Position numbers and translations under genes: made by a program. Under the pieces are notes generated by a model that saw nothing but the letters and a program-made list of their open reading frames with translations, did no database searches and was not told the DNA's origin. This document shows positions 7,190 through 16,766 of a DNA stretch of 24,000 nucleotides, piece by piece. This DNA comes from Burkholderiaceae bacterium (GTDB lineage Bacteria; Pseudomonadota; Gammaproteobacteria; Burkholderiales; Burkholderiaceae): positions 75,748 to 99,747 of the forward strand of contig JAGTRK010000005.1 of the NCBI GenBank assembly GCA_018261955.1, written 5' to 3'. Every line of letters starts with the position of its first letter. Positions within the stretch are counted from its first letter, which is position 1.

Positions 7190-8092
7190 ATGCGGTGCAT
7201 CTTCTGCAAACAGGACTCCTCCTCGTCTCGTAGCGTTGAGCACATCATGCCGGAGTCGATTGGAAGCAAGAGACGAGTACTGCCCCGTGGCGTAGTCTGC
7301 GACAAATGCAATAACTACTTCGCTCGTGAAATCGAAGGCCCCGTGCTCAGTCACCCCTCAATGAGGAACATCAGGGCTTGGCACCAAGTTCCAAATAAGA
7401 GAGGAAAAATACCGGCATTACAAGGCAATATCGGCGGCACTGATATTGCTGTTGGCTTTCGCCGAGGACGCGACGGAAAACTCGAAATTGAGCCGGAGAA
7501 ACAGCGAAACCAAGAACATGTTACAGCTGAATGGAAAGCTGGTCTCCCAAATGGGTTCATATTCATTGTCGACATGGCCCCACCCAAACGAGAGATGTCT
7601 CGCTTTCTATGCAAGATGGCAATGGAAACTGTCGCTGAACTTCTGACGCACAACGAGGGTGGGACAGAAGCGATGGTTGACGAGAGTTACTTTGACAACA
7701 TTCGAACCTATGTCCGCTATGGAAACAACCTCACTGAGTGGCCGTATTCACAGCGGCGCATATATCCCGATACGACGTTAATGCGTCACCCCGACACAAA
7801 AAAGTGGGTTCCAGTTGGTTTCGGCTGCACAGTATTTTCGACGAAACGCTTCGAAACACTGTTCGTGTTCTGCCTCTACGGTATTGAGTTTGTTCTCAAT
7901 GTCGGTGGCCCCTCTATTCGTGGCTACGAAGAATGGTTGGAAGACCACGGATACATCAGCCCAATGGTTGAACGTCTTGGCTGTCGTCTCGTAACTGAGG
8001 GTGAAGGAAAATCACAACGACACTATCTTCATGGCGACTTCAATTTGCAGAATGGTTTCGCGTTTGACGAACGCCACGGGTACCGCCCATGA
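7190..8092 (+). CDS. Cassette 2 ORF: HNH-motif (beta-beta-alpha-Me, zinc-ribbon) nuclease domain protein with an uncharacterised about 230-aa C-terminal region
   Basis: 300 aa. AGGA SD at 7179-7182. N-terminus MRCIFCK...SVEHIMPESIG...VVCDKCNNYF gives C3xxC6, E17-H18 and C37xxC40-N41, the pattern of CxxC...H...CxxC-N HNH endonucleases. I recognise no motif in the remainder. The stop is 2 nt before the attC. Confidence 0.8.
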   Translation: MRCIFCKQDSSSSRSVEHIMPESIGSKRRVLPRGVVCDKCNNYFAREIEGPVLSHPSMRNIRAWHQVPNKRGKIPALQGNIGGTDIAVGFRRGRDGKLEIEPEKQRNQEHVTAEWKAGLPNGFIFIVDMAPPKREMSRFLCKMAMETVAELLTHNEGGTEAMVDESYFDNIRTYVRYGNNLTEWPYSQRRIYPDTTLMRHPDTKKWVPVGFGCTVFSTKRFETLFVFCLYGIEFVLNVGGPSIRGYEEWLEDHGYISPMVERLGCRLVTEGEGKSQRHYLHGDFNLQNGFAFDERHGYRP

Positions 8093-8093
8093 T

Positions 8094-8162
8094 GCCCAAC
8101 CCATCAATCGAGCGGACCTCGCGCGAAAAGCCGCGCAGCGCCGGTGAACTCAAACGTTAGTT
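8094..8162 (+). other. attC recombination site of cassette 2 (69 nt)
   Basis: GCCCAAC (R''), ccatc, an imperfect GC-rich palindrome (GCGCG 8121-8125 pairs with CGCGC 8132-8136), GGTGAACTcaaac, then GTTAGTT (R'). The 3' half TGAACTCAAACGTTAG closely resembles the 3' end of the aadA-type attC as I remember it. The L''/L' pairing is less clean than in the first attC. Confidence 0.7.
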
Positions 8163-8232
8163 CACCAGCCATAATACCTAGGATAGATTGTGGGTCTTTT
8201 GTTGGGGTTTAAGTCAACTATTCACCACTAAT

Positions 8233-9348
8233 CTACTTATACTTCCGCAAACTCGGCGGACTTTGATATTTCGTAATCGGTGTCGCCGAAAATTTCATCG
8301 GATTACCGACCAAGCGATAACCCTCCTCAGTGCTCACCACCATGTCCCGCGACAACAGTTGCGCATCTTTAAACACGCGGTCGATGGTGTTGATGGGCCC
8401 GCAGGGAAAGCCGTATTGCTCGCCGAGCGTCACCCATTCATCAATGTTTTTGCCCATCATGTGCGGACTCAATGCGGTTTCCAACTCGGCACGGTGCGCC
8501 ACGCGTGCATTGTTGGTGGTAAAGCGTGCGTCGCTTGCCAACTCTGCGCAGCCAGCCGACTGACAAAATTGTACAAACTGCGCATCGTTGCCGATGGCGA
8601 GCATGATGTAGCCGTCTTTGACCCTCATCGGTTGATAGGGCGCAATCGATGGGTGGGACGAGCCTTGGCGCATGGGGATTTGCCCCGACATTAAGTAAGC
8701 CGAGGCTTGATTGGCGAGCATCGCGGCTTGTACGTCAAACAGCGCGATGTCGACGTGTTGCCCTTGCCCCGTGACGTGCCGATGGTTGACCGCAGCGAGT
8801 ATGGCGGTGGTGGCGTACAGCGCGGTCATGAGGTCAACCACCGCCACGCCGACTTTTTGCGGCGCGCCGTCCGCCTCGCCCGTGATGCTCATCAATCCGC
8901 CCATCGCTTGAATCAGCGCGTCGTAGCCAGGGCGGTCTTTGTACGGGCCGCTTTGTCCAAAGCCTGTGATGGAGCAGTAAATAATATTTGGGTTGATTTG
9001 CACAATGCTGGCGTAGTCCAAACCGTATTTTTTCAGACCACTGACTTTGTAGTTTTCGACCAATATGTCTGCAGTTTTAATCAATTCGATGAGTTGCGCG
9101 CGGTCAGTTTCAATGGTGAAATCGAGTAGGATATTGGTCTTATTGCGATTGGCACAAAAATAATAAGTCGCGTCTTGAGAGCCATCGGCTCGTTTGACAA
9201 ACGGCGGCCCCCAGCGACGCGTGTCGTCACCTTTTGGGTGTTCGATTTTAATCACGTTTGCGCCCATATCCGCGAGGTTTTGCGTGGCGAATGGTCCCGC
9301 GAGGATGCGCGACATATCAACAATGGTGAGGTTGGACAATGCAGACAT
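8233..9348 (-). CDS. Family III CoA-transferase (CaiB/BaiF family)
   Basis: 371 aa. N-terminal LTIVDMSRILAGPFATQNLADMGANVIKIEHP signature typical of the family. The substrate cannot be determined from sequence. Confidence 0.85.
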   Translation of the reverse strand: MSALSNLTIVDMSRILAGPFATQNLADMGANVIKIEHPKGDDTRRWGPPFVKRADGSQDATYYFCANRNKTNILLDFTIETDRAQLIELIKTADILVENYKVSGLKKYGLDYASIVQINPNIIYCSITGFGQSGPYKDRPGYDALIQAMGGLMSITGEADGAPQKVGVAVVDLMTALYATTAILAAVNHRHVTGQGQHVDIALFDVQAAMLANQASAYLMSGQIPMRQGSSHPSIAPYQPMRVKDGYIMLAIGNDAQFVQFCQSAGCAELASDARFTTNNARVAHRAELETALSPHMMGKNIDEWVTLGEQYGFPCGPINTIDRVFKDAQLLSRDMVVSTEEGYRLVGNPMKFSATPITKYQSPPSLRKYK

Positions 9349-9432
9349 TTTTTAATATCTTTCAAAGTGTGTGGGATGGCAAAGCGTTATAATCGCACGA
9401 GTGGTAACCCCAAACAAGGCTTTAGTGCAAAT

Positions 9433-9951
9433 ATGAGTGATGAAAACCCAATAACGCAAACAACCCCATTTGAACAAATCGGTGGCGCGCCACGCATTCA
9501 AGAACTGGTGACGCATTTTTATGATTTGATGGAAATTGAACCCAAATACGCCGATTTACGCGCCACGCACCACGAAAATTTAACCGTGACGCGTGAAAAA
9601 TTGTTCGATTTTTTGAATGGCTGGCTCGGTGGCCAGCAGTTATACGTTGAAAAATACGGGCATCCGCGTTTAAAAGCGCGCCACATGCCATTCAAAATCG
9701 GCGTGACTGAGCGCGACCAGTGGGTGGCGTGCATGGCGCAGGCGATGCGCGAAATTGGCGTTGAGGAAAACCTGTTCCAAAAACTCATACTTTCGTTTTA
9801 CGGCACAGCCGAATGGATGCGTAATCAATCCGATGCGGTCGAGGGCGAAGCACGTATGCCGAACCAAGTTGGGATTGAGATTACGGGCGTGCCGAACGCG
9901 ACCACGCTGAAGTTGCAAGCCATTGCCCAAAAATACGAGGTAAAAATTTAA
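9433..9951 (+). CDS. glbO: Group II truncated haemoglobin (trHbO-like)
   Basis: The track ORF starts at 9175 but overlaps the divergent CoA-transferase gene. ATG 9433 gives MSDENPITQTTPFEQIGG...FYDLM...GHPRLKARHMPFKIG..ERDQW, which matches the trHbO pattern. ATG 9376 is an alternative start. The protein has an about 35-aa C-terminal extension. Confidence 0.75.
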   Translation: MSDENPITQTTPFEQIGGAPRIQELVTHFYDLMEIEPKYADLRATHHENLTVTREKLFDFLNGWLGGQQLYVEKYGHPRLKARHMPFKIGVTERDQWVACMAQAMREIGVEENLFQKLILSFYGTAEWMRNQSDAVEGEARMPNQVGIEITGVPNATTLKLQAIAQKYEVKI

Positions 9952-11402
9952 TGAGTGCGCAAACTTTATTGATGCTACTGATTGCGCTCATCGTTTTGAA
10001 CGTCTTGCTTGTGGCGTTGGTAGCGTTTGCCTTTGTGCGCACGGGTCAGCAGCGCGCTCAATTGTTGGAACAAAAACTCTTGCACCAGCAGTCGCTCACA
10101 CAATTGCAGCAAGTCACGCAGGATGTCGATGCGGGCTTTGAAAAAACCTTTGAGCAAAGCACCCAGTATTTGTCGGCATTGCGCGAACATAGCGGCGCGC
10201 TGGCGCGTGAGCAGCGCATGGAATTGGGGCAAATCATCAATCATGCACAAACGCAAACCACCAACGAACTCAAGGCTCTGCGCGAGAACCAAACCACCGA
10301 AGCACAAACGGCGCGCGAGCATTTGCTCGCGCAATTGACCCACAACAGCACCCAGCAATTGCTACAGTTGCAACAACTCAAAGAATCCACCGAGCGCAAT
10401 TTAAACCAAATGCGCGAAAATATGGAACAACGCCTGACTAGCATCGAGTCGAACAACACCAAAAAACTTGAAGAAATGCGGGCGACGGTGGACGAAAAAC
10501 TGCACGCCACGCTGGAGCAACGCCTCGGCGAATCGTTCAAACAAGTGTCCGACCGATTGGAGCAAGTCCACCGCGGTTTGGGCGAAATGCAAACCCTCGC
10601 GGTTGGCGTGGGCGATTTACAGCGCGTGCTGACCAATGTCAAAACCCGTGGCAACTGGGGCGAGATGCAGTTGGCGAACTTGCTTGAAAACGTGTTCACG
10701 CCCGACCGCTATGCTGCCAACGTCAAAGTCAAACCCAACAGCAATGAGATGGTCGATTTTGCCATCAAACTACCGGGACGCAGTGAGCATACCGACGAGG
10801 TGGTGTGGTTGCCTGTGGACGCGAAATTCCCCAAAGAGCAGTACGAGCGGATGCAAAACGCACAAGATGCGGCGGACGCGGATGCCTTCGATGCGGCGCG
10901 TAAAGAGTTGTTTACCCAAATCAAACTCGAAGCCAAATCCATCAGCGAAAAATACATCAGTCCGCCGCACACCACGGATTTTGCCGTGATGTTTTTGCCG
11001 ACTGAGGGCTTGTATGCCGAAGTGGCGCGCGAGGCGGGGTTGCTCGATTTATTGCAAAGAGAATACCGTATTGTGGTTTCAGGACCAACGACCTTGACGG
11101 CGTTGCTCAACAGTTTGCACATGGGCTTTAGAACCTTGGCGATGGAAAAACGCGCTTCTGAAGTGTGGCGGGTGCTGGGTGCGGTCAAAACCGAGTTTGG
11201 TAAATTTGGCGATGTGCTGGCAAAAACCAAACAAAAACTCGAATCCGCCGCAGGTGAAATTTCCAAAGCAGAAACCCGCACCCGCGCGATGAGCCGTGCC
11301 TTGAGCGGGGTCGAACAAATCGAGGGCGATGCGGCGGTGCAATTGTTGGGTTTGGGTGAAGAAGAACCCAAAGCGAGCGAAGGGCAAAATACCTTGTTGT
11401 AA
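9951..11402 (+). CDS. rmuC: DNA recombination protein RmuC
   Basis: 483 aa. N-terminal TM helix, a long Q/E-rich coiled coil, and a conserved RGNWGEMQLANLLE block with a C-terminal nuclease-like region. The start overlaps the glbO stop (TAATG). Confidence 0.9.
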   Translation: MSAQTLLMLLIALIVLNVLLVALVAFAFVRTGQQRAQLLEQKLLHQQSLTQLQQVTQDVDAGFEKTFEQSTQYLSALREHSGALAREQRMELGQIINHAQTQTTNELKALRENQTTEAQTAREHLLAQLTHNSTQQLLQLQQLKESTERNLNQMRENMEQRLTSIESNNTKKLEEMRATVDEKLHATLEQRLGESFKQVSDRLEQVHRGLGEMQTLAVGVGDLQRVLTNVKTRGNWGEMQLANLLENVFTPDRYAANVKVKPNSNEMVDFAIKLPGRSEHTDEVVWLPVDAKFPKEQYERMQNAQDAADADAFDAARKELFTQIKLEAKSISEKYISPPHTTDFAVMFLPTEGLYAEVAREAGLLDLLQREYRIVVSGPTTLTALLNSLHMGFRTLAMEKRASEVWRVLGAVKTEFGKFGDVLAKTKQKLESAAGEISKAETRTRAMSRALSGVEQIEGDAAVQLLGLGEEEPKASEGQNTLL

Positions 11403-11432
11403 ATGGATGTGCCGTATCGTCGCGCCCAACAA

Positions 11433-11455
11433 TACAGTTTCAACTGTGTTTTTTA
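11433..11455 (+). terminator. Weak rho-independent terminator after rmuC
   Basis: ACAGTT (11434-11439), loop tca, AACTGT (11443-11448), then GTTTTTT. The stem is short and AT-rich. Confidence 0.4.
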
Positions 11456-11538
11456 AATTGTATCGGTACTGTACTGTTTTTATCGTCTATAGTATCGTCA
11501 AATGTGTGTGATTATTTACTTAAAATAAAAGGTGTTTT

Positions 11539-12711
11539 ATGTCATTCGAAAACTTATTTTCAAAACGCGCAACCGCCATCAAAAGTTCAGTGATTCGCGA
11601 AATTCTCAAAGTCACAGCCCGACCTGAGGTGATTTCATTTGCGGGTGGTTTGCCATCCGATGCGAGTTTTCCTGTGCCTCAGCTCAAAGCCGCGTTTGAA
11701 AAAGTGCTGAATGATGCACCGCAAGCGGCATTGCAATACTCAACCACTGATGGCTACGCACCGTTGCGCGAATGGGTGGCAAGCGAAAAATCCAAACTCG
11801 GCGCGACCATCACGCCCGACCAAGTCATCATCGTCTCAGGTTCGCAGCAGGCCTTGGACTTGATTGGTAAAGTATTCATCAACGAAGGCGATAAAGTGTT
11901 GGTGGAAACGCCGACGTATTTGGGCGCGTTGCAAGCGTTCGAGTTGTTTTTCCCTGAATTTGTATCCGTGGCTTCGGACGAAGAGGGCTTGGATGCTGCG
12001 CAACTGACCGCTGAGCAAGCGCAGGGCGCGAAGTTTCTCTATGCTTTGCCGAATTTTCAAAATCCGACAGGTCGCTTGATGACCGAAGCGCGCCGTCAAG
12101 CACTCGTTGCGAAAGCGCGTGAGTACAATCTGCTCGTGGTCGAGGACGACCCATATGGCGAATTGTGGTACACCGCCGCACCGCCGCCATCTTTGCTCTC
12201 GCGTATGCCTGAGCGCGTGATACAGATGGGCTCGTTCTCAAAAATCCTCGCCCCTGGATTGCGCTTGGGCTACATCGTCGCGCCTGTGGAAATCGCGCGC
12301 AAATTCGAGCAGGTCAAACAAGCGACTGATTTGCACACCGCCACACTGACGCAACGCGCGGTGTACGAGGTGGTTAAAGATGGCTTTTTAGACGAGCACA
12401 TCCCGAACATTCGCAAACTCTACCATGCGCAAGCGCAAGCCATGCTCGGCGCGTTGGAACAGTATATGCCGAAAAGCGTGACATGGAATCAACCTGCGGG
12501 CGGGATGTTCTTGTGGTTACGATTGCCAGCAGGGGTGGATTCTGAAGCAATATTAAAAACCGCCTTGGCGCGCAATGTCGCCTATGTACCCGGTGTGCCG
12601 TTCTATGCCAATGAACCTGCGCGCAACACCATGCGACTGGCATTCGTCACCGTACCCGAAGACAAAATCCGCGAGGGTGTGAAGGTGTTGGGTGAAGTGT
12701 TTGGAGGGTGA
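11539..12711 (+). CDS. PLP-dependent aminotransferase, class I/II (ARO8 / 2-aminoadipate transaminase-like)
   Basis: 390 aa. AAGGTG SD. FAGGLPSxxxFP N-terminal motif, SGSQQALDL, and the PLP-lysine motif SFSKILAPGLRLGY. Confidence 0.85.
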   Translation: MSFENLFSKRATAIKSSVIREILKVTARPEVISFAGGLPSDASFPVPQLKAAFEKVLNDAPQAALQYSTTDGYAPLREWVASEKSKLGATITPDQVIIVSGSQQALDLIGKVFINEGDKVLVETPTYLGALQAFELFFPEFVSVASDEEGLDAAQLTAEQAQGAKFLYALPNFQNPTGRLMTEARRQALVAKAREYNLLVVEDDPYGELWYTAAPPPSLLSRMPERVIQMGSFSKILAPGLRLGYIVAPVEIARKFEQVKQATDLHTATLTQRAVYEVVKDGFLDEHIPNIRKLYHAQAQAMLGALEQYMPKSVTWNQPAGGMFLWLRLPAGVDSEAILKTALARNVAYVPGVPFYANEPARNTMRLAFVTVPEDKIREGVKVLGEVFGG

Positions 12712-12801
12712 TTACGTGTTATGGTGAGTCTGTAGGAAATCGACGCGTTGTTTACACTTATAAATTAAAAACAGGTATGTGTTTTTTTGCAAATGCCATA
12801 A

Positions 12802-14874
<2,073 letters not shown>

Positions 14875-14894
14875 TCGCTAATAAAATTGCCGTC

Positions 14895-14933
14895 ATTGCG
14901 GGGGAGAACCGATAGGTTCGAGTAACCCGCAAT
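14895..14933 (+). other. Nested stem-loop in the ligA/mtnP spacer
   Basis: ATTGCGGG (14895-14902) pairs with CCCGCAAT (14926-14933), with an inner GAACC/GGTTC stem. There is no T-tract. A third ATTGCGGG copy lies at 14960-14967. Confidence 0.35.
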
Positions 14934-15006
14934 CTTATGGATCGCAAACAGATGTAAAAATTGCGGGTGACTTGAGCCTGTTGGTATATTTAATTAAAGG
15001 ATATTC

Positions 15007-15741
15007 ATGTTAGGAATCATCGCAGGTAGTGGCTTACAACGCTTAAATCATTTGGAAAACGTTCGCCGTGAAATTGTGCGCACACCGTTTGGCGAAACCT
15101 CGTGCGCGATTACCTTGGGACAACTGGCGGGTGTGGATGTGGCGTTCCTCAACCGTCATGGATACGGTCACACCCTCGCGCCACATCAAATCAATTACCG
15201 TGCCAATATCTGGGCATTGCAAAAAATCGGCGTGCAAACGGTCTGTGCAGTGGGCAGCACAGGTTCGTTTTTGGAAAGCATTCAACCTGGACAATTGATT
15301 GTGCCGCATGATATTTTAGACTACACGCAAGGGCGCGCAAACACCTATTTTGAAGGCCCTGACCATCCCATCGTTTATACCGATATGAGTGAGCCGTTTG
15401 ATGCGGTCATCCGTGCTAATCTAATCGCCGCGGCGCAGAAACTGCAATTGCCTGTGGTGACCGAAGCAGTCTATGCCTGCACCAATGGACCACGTTTGGA
15501 AACCCGTGCAGAAGTGCGCCGTATGGCGAGCGATGGCGCGCAGGTGGTCGGCATGACGCTCGTGCCTGAAGTCATCCTTGCCAAAGAAATAGGTTTGAAC
15601 TACGCGGCGATTACTGTGTGTACCAATTACGCCGCGGGCGTGGGCGATACGCAGGCGCATGATTTACACCAATGGCGCGCCTTGCGCGAACAGAGTTTGA
15701 CACGGGTGGAACAGTTACTGTTGCAGTGGGTGACGTTGTAA
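15007..15741 (+). CDS. mtnP: 5'-methylthioadenosine / methylthioinosine phosphorylase (PNP family 2)
   Basis: 244 aa. AAGGA SD. MLGIIAGSGL N-terminus, FLNRHG, and a TNGPRLETRAE...GMTLVPE block typical of MTAP/MTIP. Confidence 0.8.
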   Translation: MLGIIAGSGLQRLNHLENVRREIVRTPFGETSCAITLGQLAGVDVAFLNRHGYGHTLAPHQINYRANIWALQKIGVQTVCAVGSTGSFLESIQPGQLIVPHDILDYTQGRANTYFEGPDHPIVYTDMSEPFDAVIRANLIAAAQKLQLPVVTEAVYACTNGPRLETRAEVRRMASDGAQVVGMTLVPEVILAKEIGLNYAAITVCTNYAAGVGDTQAHDLHQWRALREQSLTRVEQLLLQWVTL

Positions 15742-15758
15742 AAATCGAATGGATAGAT

Positions 15759-15790
15759 AAGCAGGCGCACAATGTGCGCCTGCTTTTTTA
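15759..15790 (+). terminator. Strong rho-independent terminator between convergent mtnP and bioB
   Basis: AAGCAGGCGCAC (15759-15770), loop aat, GTGCGCCTGCTT (15774-15785), with a T6 run at 15784-15789. It overlaps the bioB stop codon. The A-run on the other side may give partial bidirectional function. Confidence 0.8.
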
Positions 15791-16750
15791 CGACACGGCA
15801 TGAATTTTAAAGACTTTTTGGTTGTCCTCATCCGTGGTGACATTCGGTGTGGTGAGTAATTTATCACCGTAAAACACCGAGTTTGCCCCCGCGATAAAGC
15901 ACAGTGCTTGCGCCGCCCAGTCGAGTTCATGCCGTCCCGCCGCAAGACGCAAAGTGGTTTTGGGCATGAGGATGCGCGCCACTGCGAGGGTGCGTATCCA
16001 TTCTTCGTCGTTGATGCGCTCGGCATTTTCTAAAGGCGTGCCTTTGATGGGCACGAGGCGATTGATCGGCACGGATTCGGGGTGCGGGCTCATGTGCGCA
16101 AGGGTTTGTAACATGCTCACACGGTCGGCGCGCGATTCGCCCATGCCGAGGATACCGCCTGTACACAATTTAAGCCCTGCTTGGCGCGCTTGGTTCAAGG
16201 TCTCGAGACGGTCATTAAAATTGCGCGTGGTGACCACTTGGTCGTAGTGTTCTTCTGAAGTGTCGATGTTGTGGTTGTAGTAGTCCAAGCCCGCTTCTGA
16301 AAGTTGACGTGCTTGTTCGTCCTTGAGCATACCGAGGGTCATGCAGGTTTCTAAGCCCAATTGATTCACGCCTTGAATCATTTCAATCAGCGCAGGCATG
16401 GCGGATGCAGGTGGACTGCGCCACGCCGCGCCCATGCAGAATCGCTCTGCACCCGCTTGTTTGGCTTGAGCGGCGGCCTGCAAGACTTCGGCGACGGGCA
16501 TGAGTTTTTCGCGCTCCAATCCTGTGTCGTAGTGCGCCGATTGTGAGCAATAGCCACAGTCCTCGGGGCACGCGCCTGTTTTGATGTTGAGCAAAACGGC
16601 TTTTTCGATGTGTTCAGGCTGGTTGTGCTCACGGTGGACGGTGGCGGCGCGGTAGATGAGTTCGTGAAATGGCAACTCGTACAGCGCGGTGATTTCTGCG
16701 CGCGTCCAGTCGTGTTTGAAGGTGGTTAAATTGTTTAGGGTCTGTCCCAT
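15788..16750 (-). CDS. bioB: Biotin synthase (radical SAM)
   Basis: 320 aa from ATG 16750, preceded by AAGGAG. The track start at 16825 would overlap the upstream gene. Contains the [11 protein letters not shown] radical-SAM cluster motif. Confidence 0.95.
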   Translation of the reverse strand: MGQTLNNLTTFKHDWTRAEITALYELPFHELIYRAATVHREHNQPEHIEKAVLLNIKTGACPEDCGYCSQSAHYDTGLEREKLMPVAEVLQAAAQAKQAGAERFCMGAAWRSPPASAMPALIEMIQGVNQLGLETCMTLGMLKDEQARQLSEAGLDYYNHNIDTSEEHYDQVVTTRNFNDRLETLNQARQAGLKLCTGGILGMGESRADRVSMLQTLAHMSPHPESVPINRLVPIKGTPLENAERINDEEWIRTLAVARILMPKTTLRLAAGRHELDWAAQALCFIAGANSVFYGDKLLTTPNVTTDEDNQKVFKIHAVS

Positions 16751-16766
16751 GTAATCTCCTTGGTCA

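Larger units (their letters stand above)
6831..8156 (+). mobile_element. Two tandem integron-type gene cassettes (337 bp and 989 bp), no integrase in window (CALIN-like)
   Basis: Cassette 1 is 6831-7167: it starts TTAGGT, and its own attC R'' ACCTAAC is the reverse complement of G+TTAGGT. Cassette 2 is 7168-8156: it starts TTGGGC, and its own attC R'' GCCCAAC is the reverse complement of G+TTGGGC. Each has one + strand ORF with a short leader and an attC beginning 0-2 nt from the ORF end. Codon usage differs by eye from the flanking genes. Confidence 0.75.

Noticed and set aside
8201-8218. GTTGGGG and GTCAAC in the spacer right of the array, considered as a possible remnant of a third attC.
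   Set aside because: The order is wrong (the R'-like box precedes the AAC box), neither fits the consensus fully, and there is no palindrome between them.
11424-11430. GCCCAAC downstream of rmuC, identical to the R'' box of the second attC.
   Set aside because: No partner GTTRRRY or palindromic L''/L' structure lies within 150 nt. The following hairpin is a simple terminator, so this is a chance 7-mer.
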